Below, piece by piece: positions 26,201 through 39,860 of a stretch of DNA of 64,000 bases. Position numbers and translations under genes: made by a program. The stretch lies in NCBI GenBank assembly GCA_977030845.1, contig OZ365110.1, positions 42,470,001-42,534,000 on the forward strand. The letters run 5' to 3'. The notes beneath the pieces were generated by a model. The model worked only from the letters and a program-made list of their open reading frames with translations. It was not told the origin of the DNA and made no database searches. Each line of letters opens with the position of its first letter. The first letter of the stretch is position 1. This DNA comes from Fimbriosthenelais zetlandica. Lineage: Eukaryota.

Positions 26201-28787
26201 TGGCTTTGAACATTGCATTGCAACTTCCTATAGAAAACTACTAAAGAATGACTAAAGGATCTCATTTCTTACAAATACCACATGATTGTGTGGTAATCTT
26301 AAATAACATTGTTTTATCGATACTCCAGATCCATGGAGAGGAAATGGAGAAATGAAAGCCTTTTATGCTCCGAAATTTGACTTGGCCAGGCCCGTATGGC
26401 TCAGGCCTGTCCTACATAGTTTGCATAGCTTTATGAGTGTATGCATTAAATATAGAAATGTTATGATATGAGTAGCACCAAGCCACCCCGAAGCAGCAGC
26501 CTTGTCTCAAACACACTGCTCGCAGAAATGTTGACGGGAGGAATTTTTCCCAACTTCAGAAAAGGGGACTTCGGTTTATGACGATATCCATGCCAGTTGA
26601 ATAAACAAATTGAAAGTGCAGTGAAATCAAGAAAGTGCCAGCAACATATGTTCTGCGTAAAGGCCTCATTCTTGGTATAAATATCAGAGTCAGGGAAGTC
26701 TCAACGATAGATATGATAGGTGCTAAGCTGCACATGTCATTGGGGGCCTAGATAGCTGCTATTATGTCTTACTTTCTCCCCAATATCCTGCTTCCAGGTC
26801 TCCACTCGTACCATATGTTGAGGCTTACTAACCTCTTTTTTCACTCTTAAACATTGCAATGGTCAGTGGAATTTTTTACCTTTGCTTTCAGAACTTCTAA
26901 AGCAGAGTGTATATATTGCTTCCAGGGGTCTAGATAGATGTTGCAAATGTATTTGTGTTCCTTGGAATCTGACTGTTTGATAAGCTTTAGTATTGCTCAC
27001 TACTCCAGGTGAAAGGCCTTATACATGAATATTTATCTGGAGGTGTTCATAGGCTTTTCACTCTTCTATCTCTATGATTGTGAGTGAGGGGGGCATTATG
27101 ATAATGACTGTAGCCCAGCACTATATCAAACCATTCTGTACACATCGTATTTCATATACATCTTATCTGTGTAATAATCCACAGTGTTTTAGTTCTGCTC
27201 CAGGGTCCACATGGTCAGACCTCCTGGCGCCTAGCGCTGGTTGTATTTTCTGTCTACTCGGACCAGCATGAAAGCAAAGTACACAGAGTGGACAACTGGA
27301 AGCTATACTGACCACGCGCCTCCGTCTCAAGCGCACTATGTTAATCAATTTCTCCTATGCCTGACATTTACTGCCCTTTGTGGCATGGAAATTAATTATG
27401 AAAATGTGTCTCTGAGACTTATACAGGCGGATGTCAAGCCCTCCGCGTCTTGGCCGGGGCAGGAGGCGAGCCAGCAGGCCTACTAAAACACCTGAGAGTG
27501 AGAAAGTGCAATTTGCTGAGAAAATCTCCAAATCGACCCCCGAGGGCACTGCCTGGAAGATAATGGATGAAATCTAATGAGTGACAATCAAACTTTACGT
27601 CGGTGGAAACCATTCTGCAAGTCACAAAACACGTTCTAAATGAGATTGGACTGACTGTAGGCATCAGAGCTCTGCCATTGCCAAGTATTAACCACTGATG
27701 TATGAGTCACAGAAGTTTTAAAATTCACAAGAGAAAATACACAGTAAATTGGCTTATTTCCTTGTGGGGAGAATTCCTCTATTCACCCACGTTGAAGCCT
27801 AGTTAGACGTGCTTTGCAATACTCCAACATGAAACATGGCTTAGGAGCCCGGAATCATTTTCCTTCCCTGATTGGGGTGTATTTTTGTATCGTTGCTTTT
27901 CAGCCATATCTGCAGCTCTCTTCTAACCCCCTGCCCCTCCCCCATCCACCCCCACCCCCCATCACCACTGTATTCTCCCCTACCCAAACTCGCTCCCTTG
28001 TGGCCGGCACAAATTGATAGAGAGAAATATGGAACCTCCAGATCTGGCCGCCTGTAAGCAAATAACAAGTCCGACTAGAGGCGATCAATTGGCATGGAAC
28101 TAGAATGCATTTCTTGCGGAATAAATCTGTCTGTATAAAAGTTGTTTTATTGAAGTGGAAATTGACATCAAGGCCCAAACTGGGGGCTCGGGCGGTAGGG
28201 AACTTGAAGATATCCTATCACCACAACTCGTGAAGAAGAAGAAGGTATTACCATTCTTGGTGGTGGTCATCTAGAAATAGAGATACATCAGTCTTCTGGC
28301 CAACTGACCATGGTCATTTCAAGCCTCTCCCTCTCCCTCCCCCACCCCCCTCTCTCACTCTCTTTCCATCCCTCTCCCAGGGCCGTGTATGCCAGCCTCT
28401 GGCCTCCCAAAATACAGCTTTATTTGTAGATCTGAGTAGAAAATGGCAACTTTGCCTGCCATACCCGGCTCTTGTAACAATACAACATGGCTGATATTGG
28501 TATGCCTCGCAGCCTACCAGCCTGTATTTCGGCCTATAGATAGTAATCTGACGTGCTATGGGATTTAGCAGGAATTTACCATTCTATGTCGTCTGATTTA
28601 GCGCATCGCCCAGTTTGGGGATTTCACTCAAAGGAGATAGAATCTGGTGCGTCTGATAGGGTCCTCCAGGGTCAAACTTTACAGTCCTGTAGGTGGATCT
28701 TCAGTTCACCGGGTTATTAACGACCCATCAGCAAGTTGGCGGCTACTGAGGGTGTAATCATTAACACAATGCTAACCCCCATGTACG

Positions 28788-28822
28788 CCCCCCCCCCCCG
28801 ACTCACCCCCCCCCCCCCCCCC
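28788..28822 (+). repeat. Paired C12 and C17 homopolymer runs
   Basis: Read directly. Another C16 run lies at 30665-30680. Confidence 0.9.
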
Positions 28823-29899
28823 ACCAGCCCCCATCGTAGCAGCATGGCTGTCCCACGCCCTGGTCCCTAGCCTAAACCGGCAGTCTTTAATCGTGACCTT
28901 TAAACCCGTCTGACAAAAGCCCCTGTGATTATGAGGGCATTCAGAACGCGAACATGGAATATGAATAAAGCCATTGTCTCTAACTCTTCAAATTAGGACA
29001 TTCATCTCTTTTTGAAAATGCCCCCATATCAGTTCAAGCTTTTGTTTTTTTTTGTTCACACAATCAAAAATGAGACATGAGAGTAATTTTTTTTTCTGCC
29101 CGAATGATTTACAAGAATATTATTTTTAAATGAGGGAACTATTAAATATTGTTTTAGAATACACTGGTAAATTTAAATCTAACCCTTGTTAAGATAATTT
29201 CTTTGGAGTTAATTACGAACTGAGTGAATTAGTATAAATGAAGAATGACCACTTTGTACATATTTGAGATAGTGTTAAGAGGTCATCTATGTACAAAGGG
29301 TTATTATAGGCCACTGTGTCTGATGGTTTATGTACATATGTATGACACATATTTGTGACTAGTTCTTGTTTCTTGTAATCATAATGGCGACTGAAGTTGG
29401 ATAAAGACAATGAGATATTTCCTCTTCAGGGCCAAACATTAAATATTTGGGCCAATGAATAATTCAGTATACACTTAGGGATGTATTACCGACAATGACT
29501 TTGATGTTTTGCCAATGCTTTATATATGATATATGATATTTTCATATTGGGGTGTTACTCTATCTGAGTTCATATTACTCGTACCTGGGCCCGAGGGTTT
29601 GGGTTTGGCCCCTGGAGGCATCCATAAACTTGATCATTAGTTACTCATGCAGAACAAGGTAAAACTTATAGGGTATTTTTCTTCACTCAATTTCTTTGCT
29701 GAGGGAATTACGGGGACGGTTGAATTGGAGAGGATAGCTAAGGCTAGTGCATAAACTTGAAAGTGGAAAGGAAAATGGGAATGGAGTAGGCCTATTTAAT
29801 TAATATCTGCATGGATTAATGTTACAAATGCTCAAGGAAATAGAATGTGTATCATTGCCACGCTAGATCCCAAACTGCCAAAGGAAGGAAGAGAACTGG

Positions 29900-30221
29900 C
29901 GCGAATATATTATAAGTTCGTACGTAGCGCCACCAATCGTGCGACTCGCGAATCAAACCGGAAGTTGAATCTATCAAACCGGAAGTTGAATCTGGGCGGT
30001 TCACTCAAAATGGCGAGAAGGCACGAAGGATCCAGGGCTGCGGGAAACATGACCGAAGATGGCATCATGTAGAAACTAACTCTATGGCTGTTTGACGTTT
30101 TCTGAACCACGGAACACTTGTGTGTTGAATATACCTCAATATAGCCTCAAGGGACGTCAAAATATGTCCATACGAACACATTGTTGACCTCAATCACAGG
30201 ATGGTTGGGCCGCTGGTAGGT
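29900..30221 (+). promoter_or_regulatory. Housekeeping-type CpG promoter and first exon of a plus-strand transcript
   Basis: CpG-rich; CCAAT (~29935), two CCGGAAGT ETS/GABP sites, GC box TGGGCGG (29993-29999), YY1 motif AAAATGGCG (30007-30015), and a donor CTG|GTAGGT at 30216-30221 preceded by a Kozak ATG at 30201 (MVGPL). Confidence 0.7.
29952..29993 (+). repeat. Perfect 21-bp tandem duplication (ATCAAACCGGAAGTTGAATCT x2)
   Basis: Read directly: 29952-29972 and 29973-29993 are identical. Confidence 0.95.
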
Positions 30222-32481
30222 TGATCATTTCTGAGACTCTTCTTACTTTCAAGATTGATGAAATGCCTGAGATTCGAGAAATGATCTCCTTGAAATGGTC
30301 TTATCATGAGGTTCTGTTTAGTTAATGCCAAATGGTTTTATCATGCAGAATTTAGTTTAGGCTTGCTCGTATTGTGAGCGATAATAATGGTAGGGGCCTA
30401 CTGGGCGATAGGCCCACAAGTAGGAGAGTAGCATGGTCGGAGCTTACTAAAAATGAATCATCGGAATCGTCTGCCATTAAGCCTACTGAGGTACACTTCC
30501 AAAGTATTTCCCGTCCAAGGCTGAAAAACATTATTTAGGCCTACTTTATGGCAAGACAGGCACAAAATATTTATTTCCTTCTCCAGGCTCCTACCATCCT
30601 AAGAGGATAAAATATTTATTCATCCATTTTCCCCACAAAGTAACTTATTTCAGTATAATTCCAGCCCCCCCCCCCCCCCCGATATTCTAATGGCTGCCCC
30701 CGACTAACACTTACAGCCAATCCTTATTGGCTCTCTCTTGCAGATAACTCTAGGTCTACGCATTCATAATTATTAATTAAACCATATTTTTCTAAATGTG
30801 GCCCTGAAACTGCACTCATTGAGTATACTTTTTTAAGTGCGTGAATATTTCCTGTCACCAGCATCTGAATATTTCTGTAATTCATATAATTGTTTTATTG
30901 CTATGAAGGCACCCTGCTAAACGACCACATGGTCTTTAACATCCGAAAAATTTAATTTCAGTCTCAGTGGGGGTCGCCTATTAATGATAACACCTGCATC
31001 TTGCCCATAGTGAGACACTCGTGAGCACAAAAAGAGCACAAGCTCGGCCTCCCGCGGCAAGAACGCAAATATGATTGTAGCCCGCTTGGAGAGTTTTCAG
31101 ATTATGGCTCCTGTCACCTTCAATTTCATCGATCGCTTTTTTCGAGAAGCTTTTACAATGAAAAGAAAATGAGAAGACTTGCTTGGCAATGTCCGCGTAA
31201 TCAAGTGTTAGGGAGGCGGTTGGGGGGGAAGGTGGCAGGCGGGAAATTCACACTCTCTGTCAGCTTGTGAGAACACCTTGTTCTTAAGAAATAAGAAGAC
31301 AATTTGTGCCTTTGCCTCTGGCCTCCTTTTTGCTCCGAAGCATCAGAAGATTTTCATCACGCTGGTTTTTTTGTGAAGAAACGTTTTAATGTCCAAGGCT
31401 GTTTTTTAATCGGATGGAAAATTTGAGGGGTTGACGATGAAAAGGCATGTGAAGTGTACAAGTGAACTTGTATCAGTCTTTTTTTTATTACCCACCTATA
31501 TCTTTCACTTCCCCTGTTCTTAGAAGAAAAGACTGTAATATACTTCTCGTTCGGGGCATGCCAGTTTGAAGTTGTCGCATTAAACATGCTTCAGAGGCGA
31601 AGAAGGAAAAATAATTGTGGGGCTTTATGATCGCGTGCACATATGTATGAATTTGAAAGAGCATCATTAGCGTTTTGAAATTGTATTCCTTTCCCCGCTC
31701 CCGGGCTTTGATGTGGAATCCAAATAAGAGATGAGATTTTTCAATGAGGCCCCGCTTCCAGGCAGAAGCAACAATGTTTTTACTCCCAAGCAAAAAAGGC
31801 CCTGAGGGGCTGGAAACAAGCAGTATTCACCGTTTCAAAAGGAATGAATATTGAATCTGACTTTGAGGTAGTGTGTCTGAAAGGAGCTCCTAGAGAAATG
31901 TATTTGAGATTTTAGAGTGCCTCTCTCTGTGAAGCACAGAATCTTGTCTCCCTGACCCCAGTCCCGCCCCCAGCCGTCTCAAAAGGGTCAATTTAAACAT
32001 TGGATCCTTGTAAGGGCCCTCAATAGAGAACCTGCCTCATCACGTGCCTTTGATAAGCTCAATATAAGCCATTTAATGCTCAACATTAAAACCTTTCAGA
32101 ATATTTTGGCCTCAGCTTTAATTGATCGACTCAGTGTAGGCTAGACTTCACAATGTTTTAAAGGGTCTAAAATATAAGAAGACTTGTATAGCGCTGGCCT
32201 ATATATATTGCATCTATTTTAATATCTTTAGTGTTTCTAAATTGGCTCGCGCGCCAACATGTCTCTCACTTTATTTAAACCTCATTGTCGTTGACATTGT
32301 TCGTAAGATTTCTTCGCGGTATCAAATGTACTTCGCCGGTTCTTCTATAGAAGTCGACATGCATGAACCCGTTGAATAACACTAGAACACACTTACAAAG
32401 AACAATCCCTCCTACTGAAACCAGAACCTCCCATCTTAATATTTCCTTCAACAACTTTTTCTCCCCCCTTCTTTCCTTCAG

Positions 32482-32538
32482 AGACCGAGTACAATATGAG
32501 ACAAATGAAGTTCATGTGTTTGAGTTTATGGACGGATG
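32482..32538 (+). other. Candidate 57-nt internal exon
   Basis: ttttctcccccttctttccttCAG| ... ATG|GTGAGG; two frames open, but no frame-consistent join to the other candidate exons. Confidence 0.3.
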
Positions 32539-34427
32539 GTGAGGTGTATGACCTAAGGTTAAGGTGGGACCATTGAAGTTGATGTTTTACCTGCCTCGGG
32601 CAAGTGAATTTTTAACAGTCACTGCTGCTACACATGCAAATTAGCGCCACGTGCCGACAAATTCAATGGCCTCAGGTATTTTCATGAACCGTCCTGAGAT
32701 GTTAGGATACCTCTGATGATGTCAAGACGCGGCTAAATCGGGTAACATGTATTGAACGCGCGCCAGGTGTGTTTCCCCCCTGCTCATCCCCAAACATTTT
32801 GCACTTTTAGAGCTTCGCACATGTGAAAGCCACCTAATATGGGGGAGAAAAGAAGGTTTCAGAAATCGTAATAATTCTAAAACTAATAATAACTCTCCAA
32901 TGGGATTTTGGAGTGGATCTATTGAAAGCTCATGAGAAAAAGATAGGCCTCATATGGAACGAGGCCAGAATCCCATGAAACTTTTCTGTCCGCACTGGAG
33001 GACCGTAGGCGCAATTGTGATAAGCTAATAATTATACCCTTAAGAAATATTTCTGATTTTCTAAGTTCAGTTTATGGCTAGTGCAAAAATGTTAAGTTAG
33101 ACATATTAAATTTAAAACGTTTTTCTTTCACCTGGTAAACCAATGGCAGATTGGTCTTATACACATGTACTTGTCACCTAAAACAAGTACATGTATCTTG
33201 GTTTGTCCATATATTTGGGTTGTCTCCCTTTGGGTTGTATATTGACAGTAGTTCATGTATAATACTAACCTCCAGGTATGTATGGACTCCTTTACTATTG
33301 AAACGGGTCAGGTGCATGTGAAATGACACTCGCGCACATACCTTCCCCGGCCCTCCACAATACTGTACTAGAACCATGTTCTCGTTTGTAACCTAATTAG
33401 TTGCCTGTCAAATTGATTATTTTTCGCCCTTTATGCTCAATCACGAACTTTTCGGTTAGTGGGGGTCCTTTTCTTCCTTCCTCCACTGGGCAGGTCCAGT
33501 CGGACTGATATGCTATTGTTATGAGCCTTCAAAAGAAAAGTTCAATTTATGTTGACGCCCACTTGAATGGGGTTGCTGCCTTGACTCGAGTTTCATTTTT
33601 CACACAAAAGCATTTTGTGGGGCTAGAGAGAGAATGTAATTGTGTATAGGGGCAGCCACTCCCCTGTCTGCGGAGTGTGTACTGCAGACATGGGCATTGT
33701 TCTATTGAGAAGAACTCGGCACTTTATAACATGTATGAATTTGTTTGGATTCTAACGCTGTCAGGGCGCACACGAGGAGATTTCCAGCTGTCGCTGCCTT
33801 CTCATGTCTCTCCCGTTTTTGACTTTAATCCACTTAAGCAGCCTCCGAGTTTGGCGCTGCCTTCTTTTTGCCATCTCTCATATACACAGAGCAAAGCGGG
33901 CCTACTTGGTGCATCCTATGGGCGTTCCCACAAGCCCATGCATATAAGAGACCCCAGGGTTGAGAAATAAAAAAAAGTGAGATGACACACAAAAATCCCT
34001 ACTTTGTAAGATAACCAAATTTTATGTGCTGGGATTGTTGGCGGCTTCCCCCATGCCAATAGTGTCATAAGCGAGTGATAAAAACATGAAAAAGTGAGGT
34101 ATTTCTTTTCTTTGATTGGCCCAGCTGATAAGAATGGCTTAGTGGTGTAGATAAAGCTTGATGGGAAGCACCTTATGGTCCAAAACACCCTCTGAGAATG
34201 GTGCTAGACTCCCAGATGTGTAGATTTCTATCATAAAAAACATCTTTTTTTACCATTATTGAGATTATTTTATTCCTGTGGAGTTGCCAAGAAATGCATC
34301 ATACAATTTTCTCATCCTACATCTCCCCTCTTTCTCTCAGAACTTTGACCGAAGAAACTCGACATGTCGGCATTCCTTTTGTATTGCCATGAGTCCCAAT
34401 TCATTCAGTGTTTTTTTGCTCTTTCAG

Positions 34428-34470
34428 AACTTTGGCACAAAGTAAGGATCTGATGAAAATAGTGCTTGAG
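34428..34470 (+). other. Candidate 43-nt internal exon (single open frame xTLAQSKDLMKIVLE)
   Basis: tttttttgctctttCAG| ... GAG|GTAAGT: strong acceptor and perfect donor; only one of three frames is open. Parent gene unknown. Confidence 0.5.
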
Positions 34471-37400
34471 GTAAGTGTTCACTTTTGAAATGTTTCCTCT
34501 ACAAATCTTCCAAGTGTCAACGTGGGCCTTCATCATTCACCACAATGTAAAACAGTCACATAAATCAGTGGTGACGTGTAGGATATGGATCTAGGTTTGC
34601 AAGTTTGAAAAAAAAAAGAATATAACTCCTTGGGAATAATATGTTTATAAGCATAATTGTTACATCTGGATTTCAATGTTTATAACATGAGTGAGATATA
34701 TAACTTCACTTTTGTATCTCTGACAGGCCAAGTCATTTTCACATTTCCTAAGTATATTTGTCAGGAAAGTTTTAATGCAAATTGTGTGAGAATTTCTACT
34801 CTTTTTCGTTTTAACTTACTTCAGTTACATTGAAACTCGTTCAGGAAATTCCCTTGTGCGGAGTAGGCGGTAGCTTTTGCTGATATAGACTAGTTTATGG
34901 TTTTGGTAAAGTCTGCAGTGCGTTGCTGGCGTTTGAGTCAGAAACTCATGAATAGAAACGTAAGAGTCAGAAACACAAGTTTTTAACGCATTTTACCATC
35001 CTGTTGAATATTTTTATCCATTGTCTTGGCTTTCAAGTTCTTCTAAAACTTCTCTTCAGGGTAATGTGTAGGTTTTTCGTGGAATAACTTGTGTATTCTC
35101 TAACAAAAATATAGGCGGCTTAGTTGATAACTTGGGCTCGATCTCCTAGAAAGCCCATTGGTCCGTAATAATCTTAATATTTGACATTTACATTGTTTCC
35201 TTGAACTTTCCGCTCCCACACTGTAGGGTTGTACCAATTATGGAAGCCTTTCCCCAGGTCTTGAAGAATCATTTCCCCGTTTCAAAAGTCAAAAGTCACC
35301 TGCATAAAAAAATAGTGGCGCCACCCACTTGAAACAGAAGCATGGCCATGTCTTGCTCATTATTGCCTTTCTGATTGATCGCCTATATGCCCGGACAAGC
35401 CACGTTAGAATAGGAGCAAAAACGCCAGTCAAAATGCTCCTTTTTCCATCTCATATTTGAAAATTGGACAAGAAAATGGGATATGTGATACTAGACTCAG
35501 TCAAATACATCATTCGGGTCAGAACTGTACAAATTGAATTCCTCTCACTAGTGATTGATGGCATCTGCTGCAAAAATCATTTTTTTTGGAAGTTTATCGA
35601 GAAAGAAAAAAACCTGTCAATAATAAAAGAGTGGCGACCAGTGGTTATTTGACCAAATGGGGAACTTTGACCAATACAAGGAAATGGCGCAAATAGTTCC
35701 ATGGCTAAACGGCTGACGCTGTTTAAGCGTGATATATCTACCATAAATTGTAATAGACACAGCTTTGAAATGTGGAGAACAAAGTAGGGCCTTGAACGGT
35801 GACAGAATTCATGGCATTGTATTAAGACTTTGATGGTGCAGAGTCGTAAAGAGAATAGAGGGAGACAGACGGGCGACTGGTGAAGTGCTTACATACCTTG
35901 CACCACACTTTCACACCTGAGAGGTGAGCTTAGGACAGTGGACGGTGGCGGGGGAGGTGTGAATATGACCAGACATCGCAATGATTGACTGTCTTTCTCC
36001 TTGTCTTTCTTTCCACCAAATGATAAGCATATCATTATGGGAGACAGCTGCAGTAGCAAGAAGAAATGAAAAGATGGGTCTTGACTACCATAAATACAAT
36101 TGTTCTAGCCTGCTGTAGTCTATAGCATGACCCATGAAGCTGGCATATCTTAAATGCCAAGTATGAAAATGATCCGTCCATTGTGAAGAGTGGCTCCACG
36201 CGCCTGAGTCTGGCCCAGCTCAGGCCTTCTCTAAGATGAAGGCTTGTCATCACCGGACACTGGCCACGCCTAGCAACGCATAACGACGCTAAAAACCACC
36301 ATCCCCCCACACACTCTCAATCCCCCCCACCCCCGCACCCCCACCCTCTCCCAGACTCACCCACTCACGCTGAGCACAACACAATAAGTTTAAACTTCTC
36401 AAGGCCACCCCTGACCCCAATCTTTGATTCAAGCCATTCAATCCTTTGACAAATGTTTTCAACCTCAGTCCTGGCAGAAATCGATCGTTGCGATGTGCCC
36501 ATCTGAGGCTTCCACTGAAGTAGGGGATGGGTTAAAAGATGGGGTCAGTACAAGGCCTTGGTTTATCACACTGCTCAATGGATGTAGAAATAGTTTTGAG
36601 GAGTGGAGCCTTTATTGGCCCGCGTCCAGTGGATTATCGATTTTAACTTACAAAAGAACATGCGCCAAGCTAATGACCTGTGAGTCAGGGAAGGCTCGGA
36701 TCGTTATGCTTTGCCGCCTCCCGCCATCTTTCAATGATGGATGCCAGAAATAGTGACACGTTATAGGAATAAATATATTCACAATAGCATGTATCAAGTC
36801 AGCTCCTTGAAAAAATTTTTCTCCCCCCTCAACAGTTATGTTTCAGGCCCCATTTATTCACTTCTCTGCTTTCTGTCATTCAGAAATGCCATCTGCTTTA
36901 CATAAGTTCCACTTGGGTCCATCTGCCTGCCTTAAAGCTGCCAAGCTGAGAATTTAGATCGCATTCCATGCTTTTGATGATCACACAGACCCCCCTTGAT
37001 ATGAAAAAGTTTTTTAAAAACCTTAAATTCCCATATGTGTACTCAGTTTTAACTTTCATTCATAGGGTCTGAACCTCAAAGTTGGGGGAAACTTCCTAGT
37101 TCTTCTACATGTATATGGGTTTTTTCTGCAATGCCAACTATAACTTGGTAAATATATATCCTATACATGTATTTGTCCGCCCTGCATTCAGACATGCACC
37201 TTTTTATGATATATGTGACACATGTACATGTTTATTTGTGAAAAACATTCATCGATGTGTTTGTTTCTTCATTGCCATCCGACGCACGAAGAATTCCATG
37301 TCATGGAGGTTTGACGCTGCCTCACGACTTGGTCTCTGTCTCTCCGCCCGGGACCAAGCGTCCAGCCTAATCTATGGAACTGGTCAGTATGTATGTGGGA

Positions 37401-39139
37401 GAATGATTATTTATCATCACCTCCACGTGCTGGCCATTAATCCCTTAAATTAGTGATACAAAAGTGATTTTATTTTAATTTCTACCAAACGTATTTGGTA
37501 GAAATTATAATGACAACTTGTAAATGAAAAGTAGCAAATATACTAGAAAATAAATATTTCACTACTATATTTTAATGATAATTAAACAGTCCATATTAGC
37601 TATAATAATTACTAGGCCTATAGTATCATCAAAATTGAAATGTAAAGAGGTACTTTTCTTTTTACATGAGATACAATATATAAAATAGCTTTCTTTACAA
37701 TTTTTATTCAAATAAATAAATTCCCAATATATTTTTCGCTCATTTTCTCGCCTTTTCTTTTTCTAAATATTGTTGGCAAGACAGCTTGATTTGCATGGTT
37801 AACAGGCCATGTATACTTGTAAGACACTTTACCTGCGAGCTATTCATACATACATACTGACCCGTCCCTCGGTTAACTAGTGTTGACATGCTTCAGAATT
37901 CCTTACGGGGGCAATTGCATGTCGAAGGAGAATTCACATGGCCAGTTTACTTGTTAACCATTGTATCGAAGACAAAACATCTTTGGTGTGCTTGTTATCA
38001 GTTGCCTAGCCCTCCCCTCCTGGCCCTATGCCCTGTACCATTAATTCAACTCACACCATCTCTTGATCAGTGCTTAGACCTTCCCTCCTCCACTCAGATC
38101 TAGTCAGGCTCTGGGAAGTCACTTAATGATTACAACCTTCACTGGGACCCCAAAAAACCAGTTAATTTGCTAAATTTTCCTAAGAAAGTGAAAAGAAATT
38201 GGACCATTGCGTGATGCGATCATGGGATTTCACTTGGTGTTGGAAAGAAAATAGATTTGACAAGCAATTATAACAAAACATGGGACGTTATACATTGTAG
38301 ATGATTAGGTCATGCTACATATGTAGTCTCTGTTTAAATCACGAGGCTCCTTATACATTATTGATATTCAAACTTTGATGATGTGTTTGGATGTTAGGAA
38401 TAGCATTAAAATGGTAATTTATTCGCGGTGTTAGTTGAATATTTTTTCATCTCTAGTTGAGTATTTTGATGTGATCTACTTGTGTGTATTATGATGGCCT
38501 TGGGGTATCCTGTTGTCATGCTAATGTGGAAGGCCACGAGAGCTCGTGTGGTCAGGGTGTCCGTTAGGGCATGAAACAAAAACAAAAGTGGGAGCTAGGA
38601 TGACCGCAGCTTTCTCACATCAACCTTTGTTATCATAAAAACTTCATCAAAAATAATAAAATCATTATTTTATATTCACGCCCAAAATCTGGATTCGAAT
38701 TTCCACTCAAGTTTTGCAAAAATACATTAAGGTTAGGATGATAACATTTTGCATCTTTTAAATTATTTCATTTATCAGTGAATGGAATTAGGGAAAACCC
38801 ATGATGGGCGTAGATAATATTAAGTAGGATAAATTATTCGGACTTTTCCATGAATCCTGTTGGAATCTAGAATGATTAAGACGATACATAAATGTAGATA
38901 GGGTGTGGAGAGAGGAATGAAGGAAGCCCGAGGTGTAACGAAGCCTCGCCCCAGGCTTGGTTTTGGCACCAACATTTCTGGTGTTGTTCCCATTTTTCAC
39001 ACCTCTTAATATCCCAAACAGGAAATGTTTTGAAAATTATAGTAATATTTTCTGACCATTTCATCTTATAAGATATATATGAGAGGTAACATGAGACTAA
39101 CTTTAAAATTTCTTTTTTTAAATCCAATCGCCACATAAT

Positions 39140-39523
39140 GTATGCTTTTCCTTTCCCTTTTCCATATCATTTACTTATCAATGCCGTTAAGTTATATTTC
39201 TCTCCCCCATCTTTCTGTCTCGTCTCTTTGTCTTTCTATCCCCTACTCTCTCTCCCTTTCTCTTGCCTTTTCTTTCTTTCCCTTTCTCCACTCTCGTCGC
39301 TTTCTTTCTCTCGCTGATTCTGCCTTGGACTGTGTCATGCTATAGACACCTTGCATTCGTGTCTTTCTAAGTAGCACCTGGGAGAAAGCCTGTTGTCACT
39401 CTGAATTCATCTGGCAAGTATTTCAACATGTCACAAGTCATCACAATCTAACATATGATTAACGAGCCGAACATGTGACATCACTCCTTACATCCATATT
39501 CTCTCTCTATCTTTCTATCTCTC

Positions 39524-39582
<59 letters not shown>

Positions 39583-39860
39583 CCTCTTTCTCTATCTAAA
39601 TCTCTCTCTTCATCTGAATTTCTGTTTCTCCCTCTCCCCCAATCTTTCACCCTTCTTGTCCCTCACCTCTCCCTCCCATCTCTACTCTGAACTCACAATC
39701 TCTTCTCCCTCCCTTCTCTTCCCCTGCCTCCTCCAACACCTCTCCAACTCCCTCTCCCTCTTCCTCCCTCTTCCTCCCTCTTCCTCCCTCTTCCTACCTT
39801 TATCAATCACACCCCCCCCCCCTCCCCCTCCCCCCTTCCCACAGACACTCCCTCCTTCAA
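39140..39860 (+). repeat. Long pyrimidine-rich low-complexity tract containing a (CT)26 microsatellite (39527-39578)
   Basis: Read directly; mostly C/T on the plus strand (notably 39490-39860) with a perfect CT array and C-runs. Confidence 0.9.

Noticed and set aside
27180-27600. GC-richer plus-strand segment as exon 2 of the MATPIRG transcript
   Set aside because: Every frame tried from the plausible acceptors (ctcCAG ~27200, ataCAG ~27426) either stops early or is out of phase with exon 1; no clear donor.
28140-28275. Protein-like frame FIEVEIDIKAQTGGSGGRELEDILSPQLVKKKK
   Set aside because: Weak acceptor and donor, no recognisable domain, under 50 codons.
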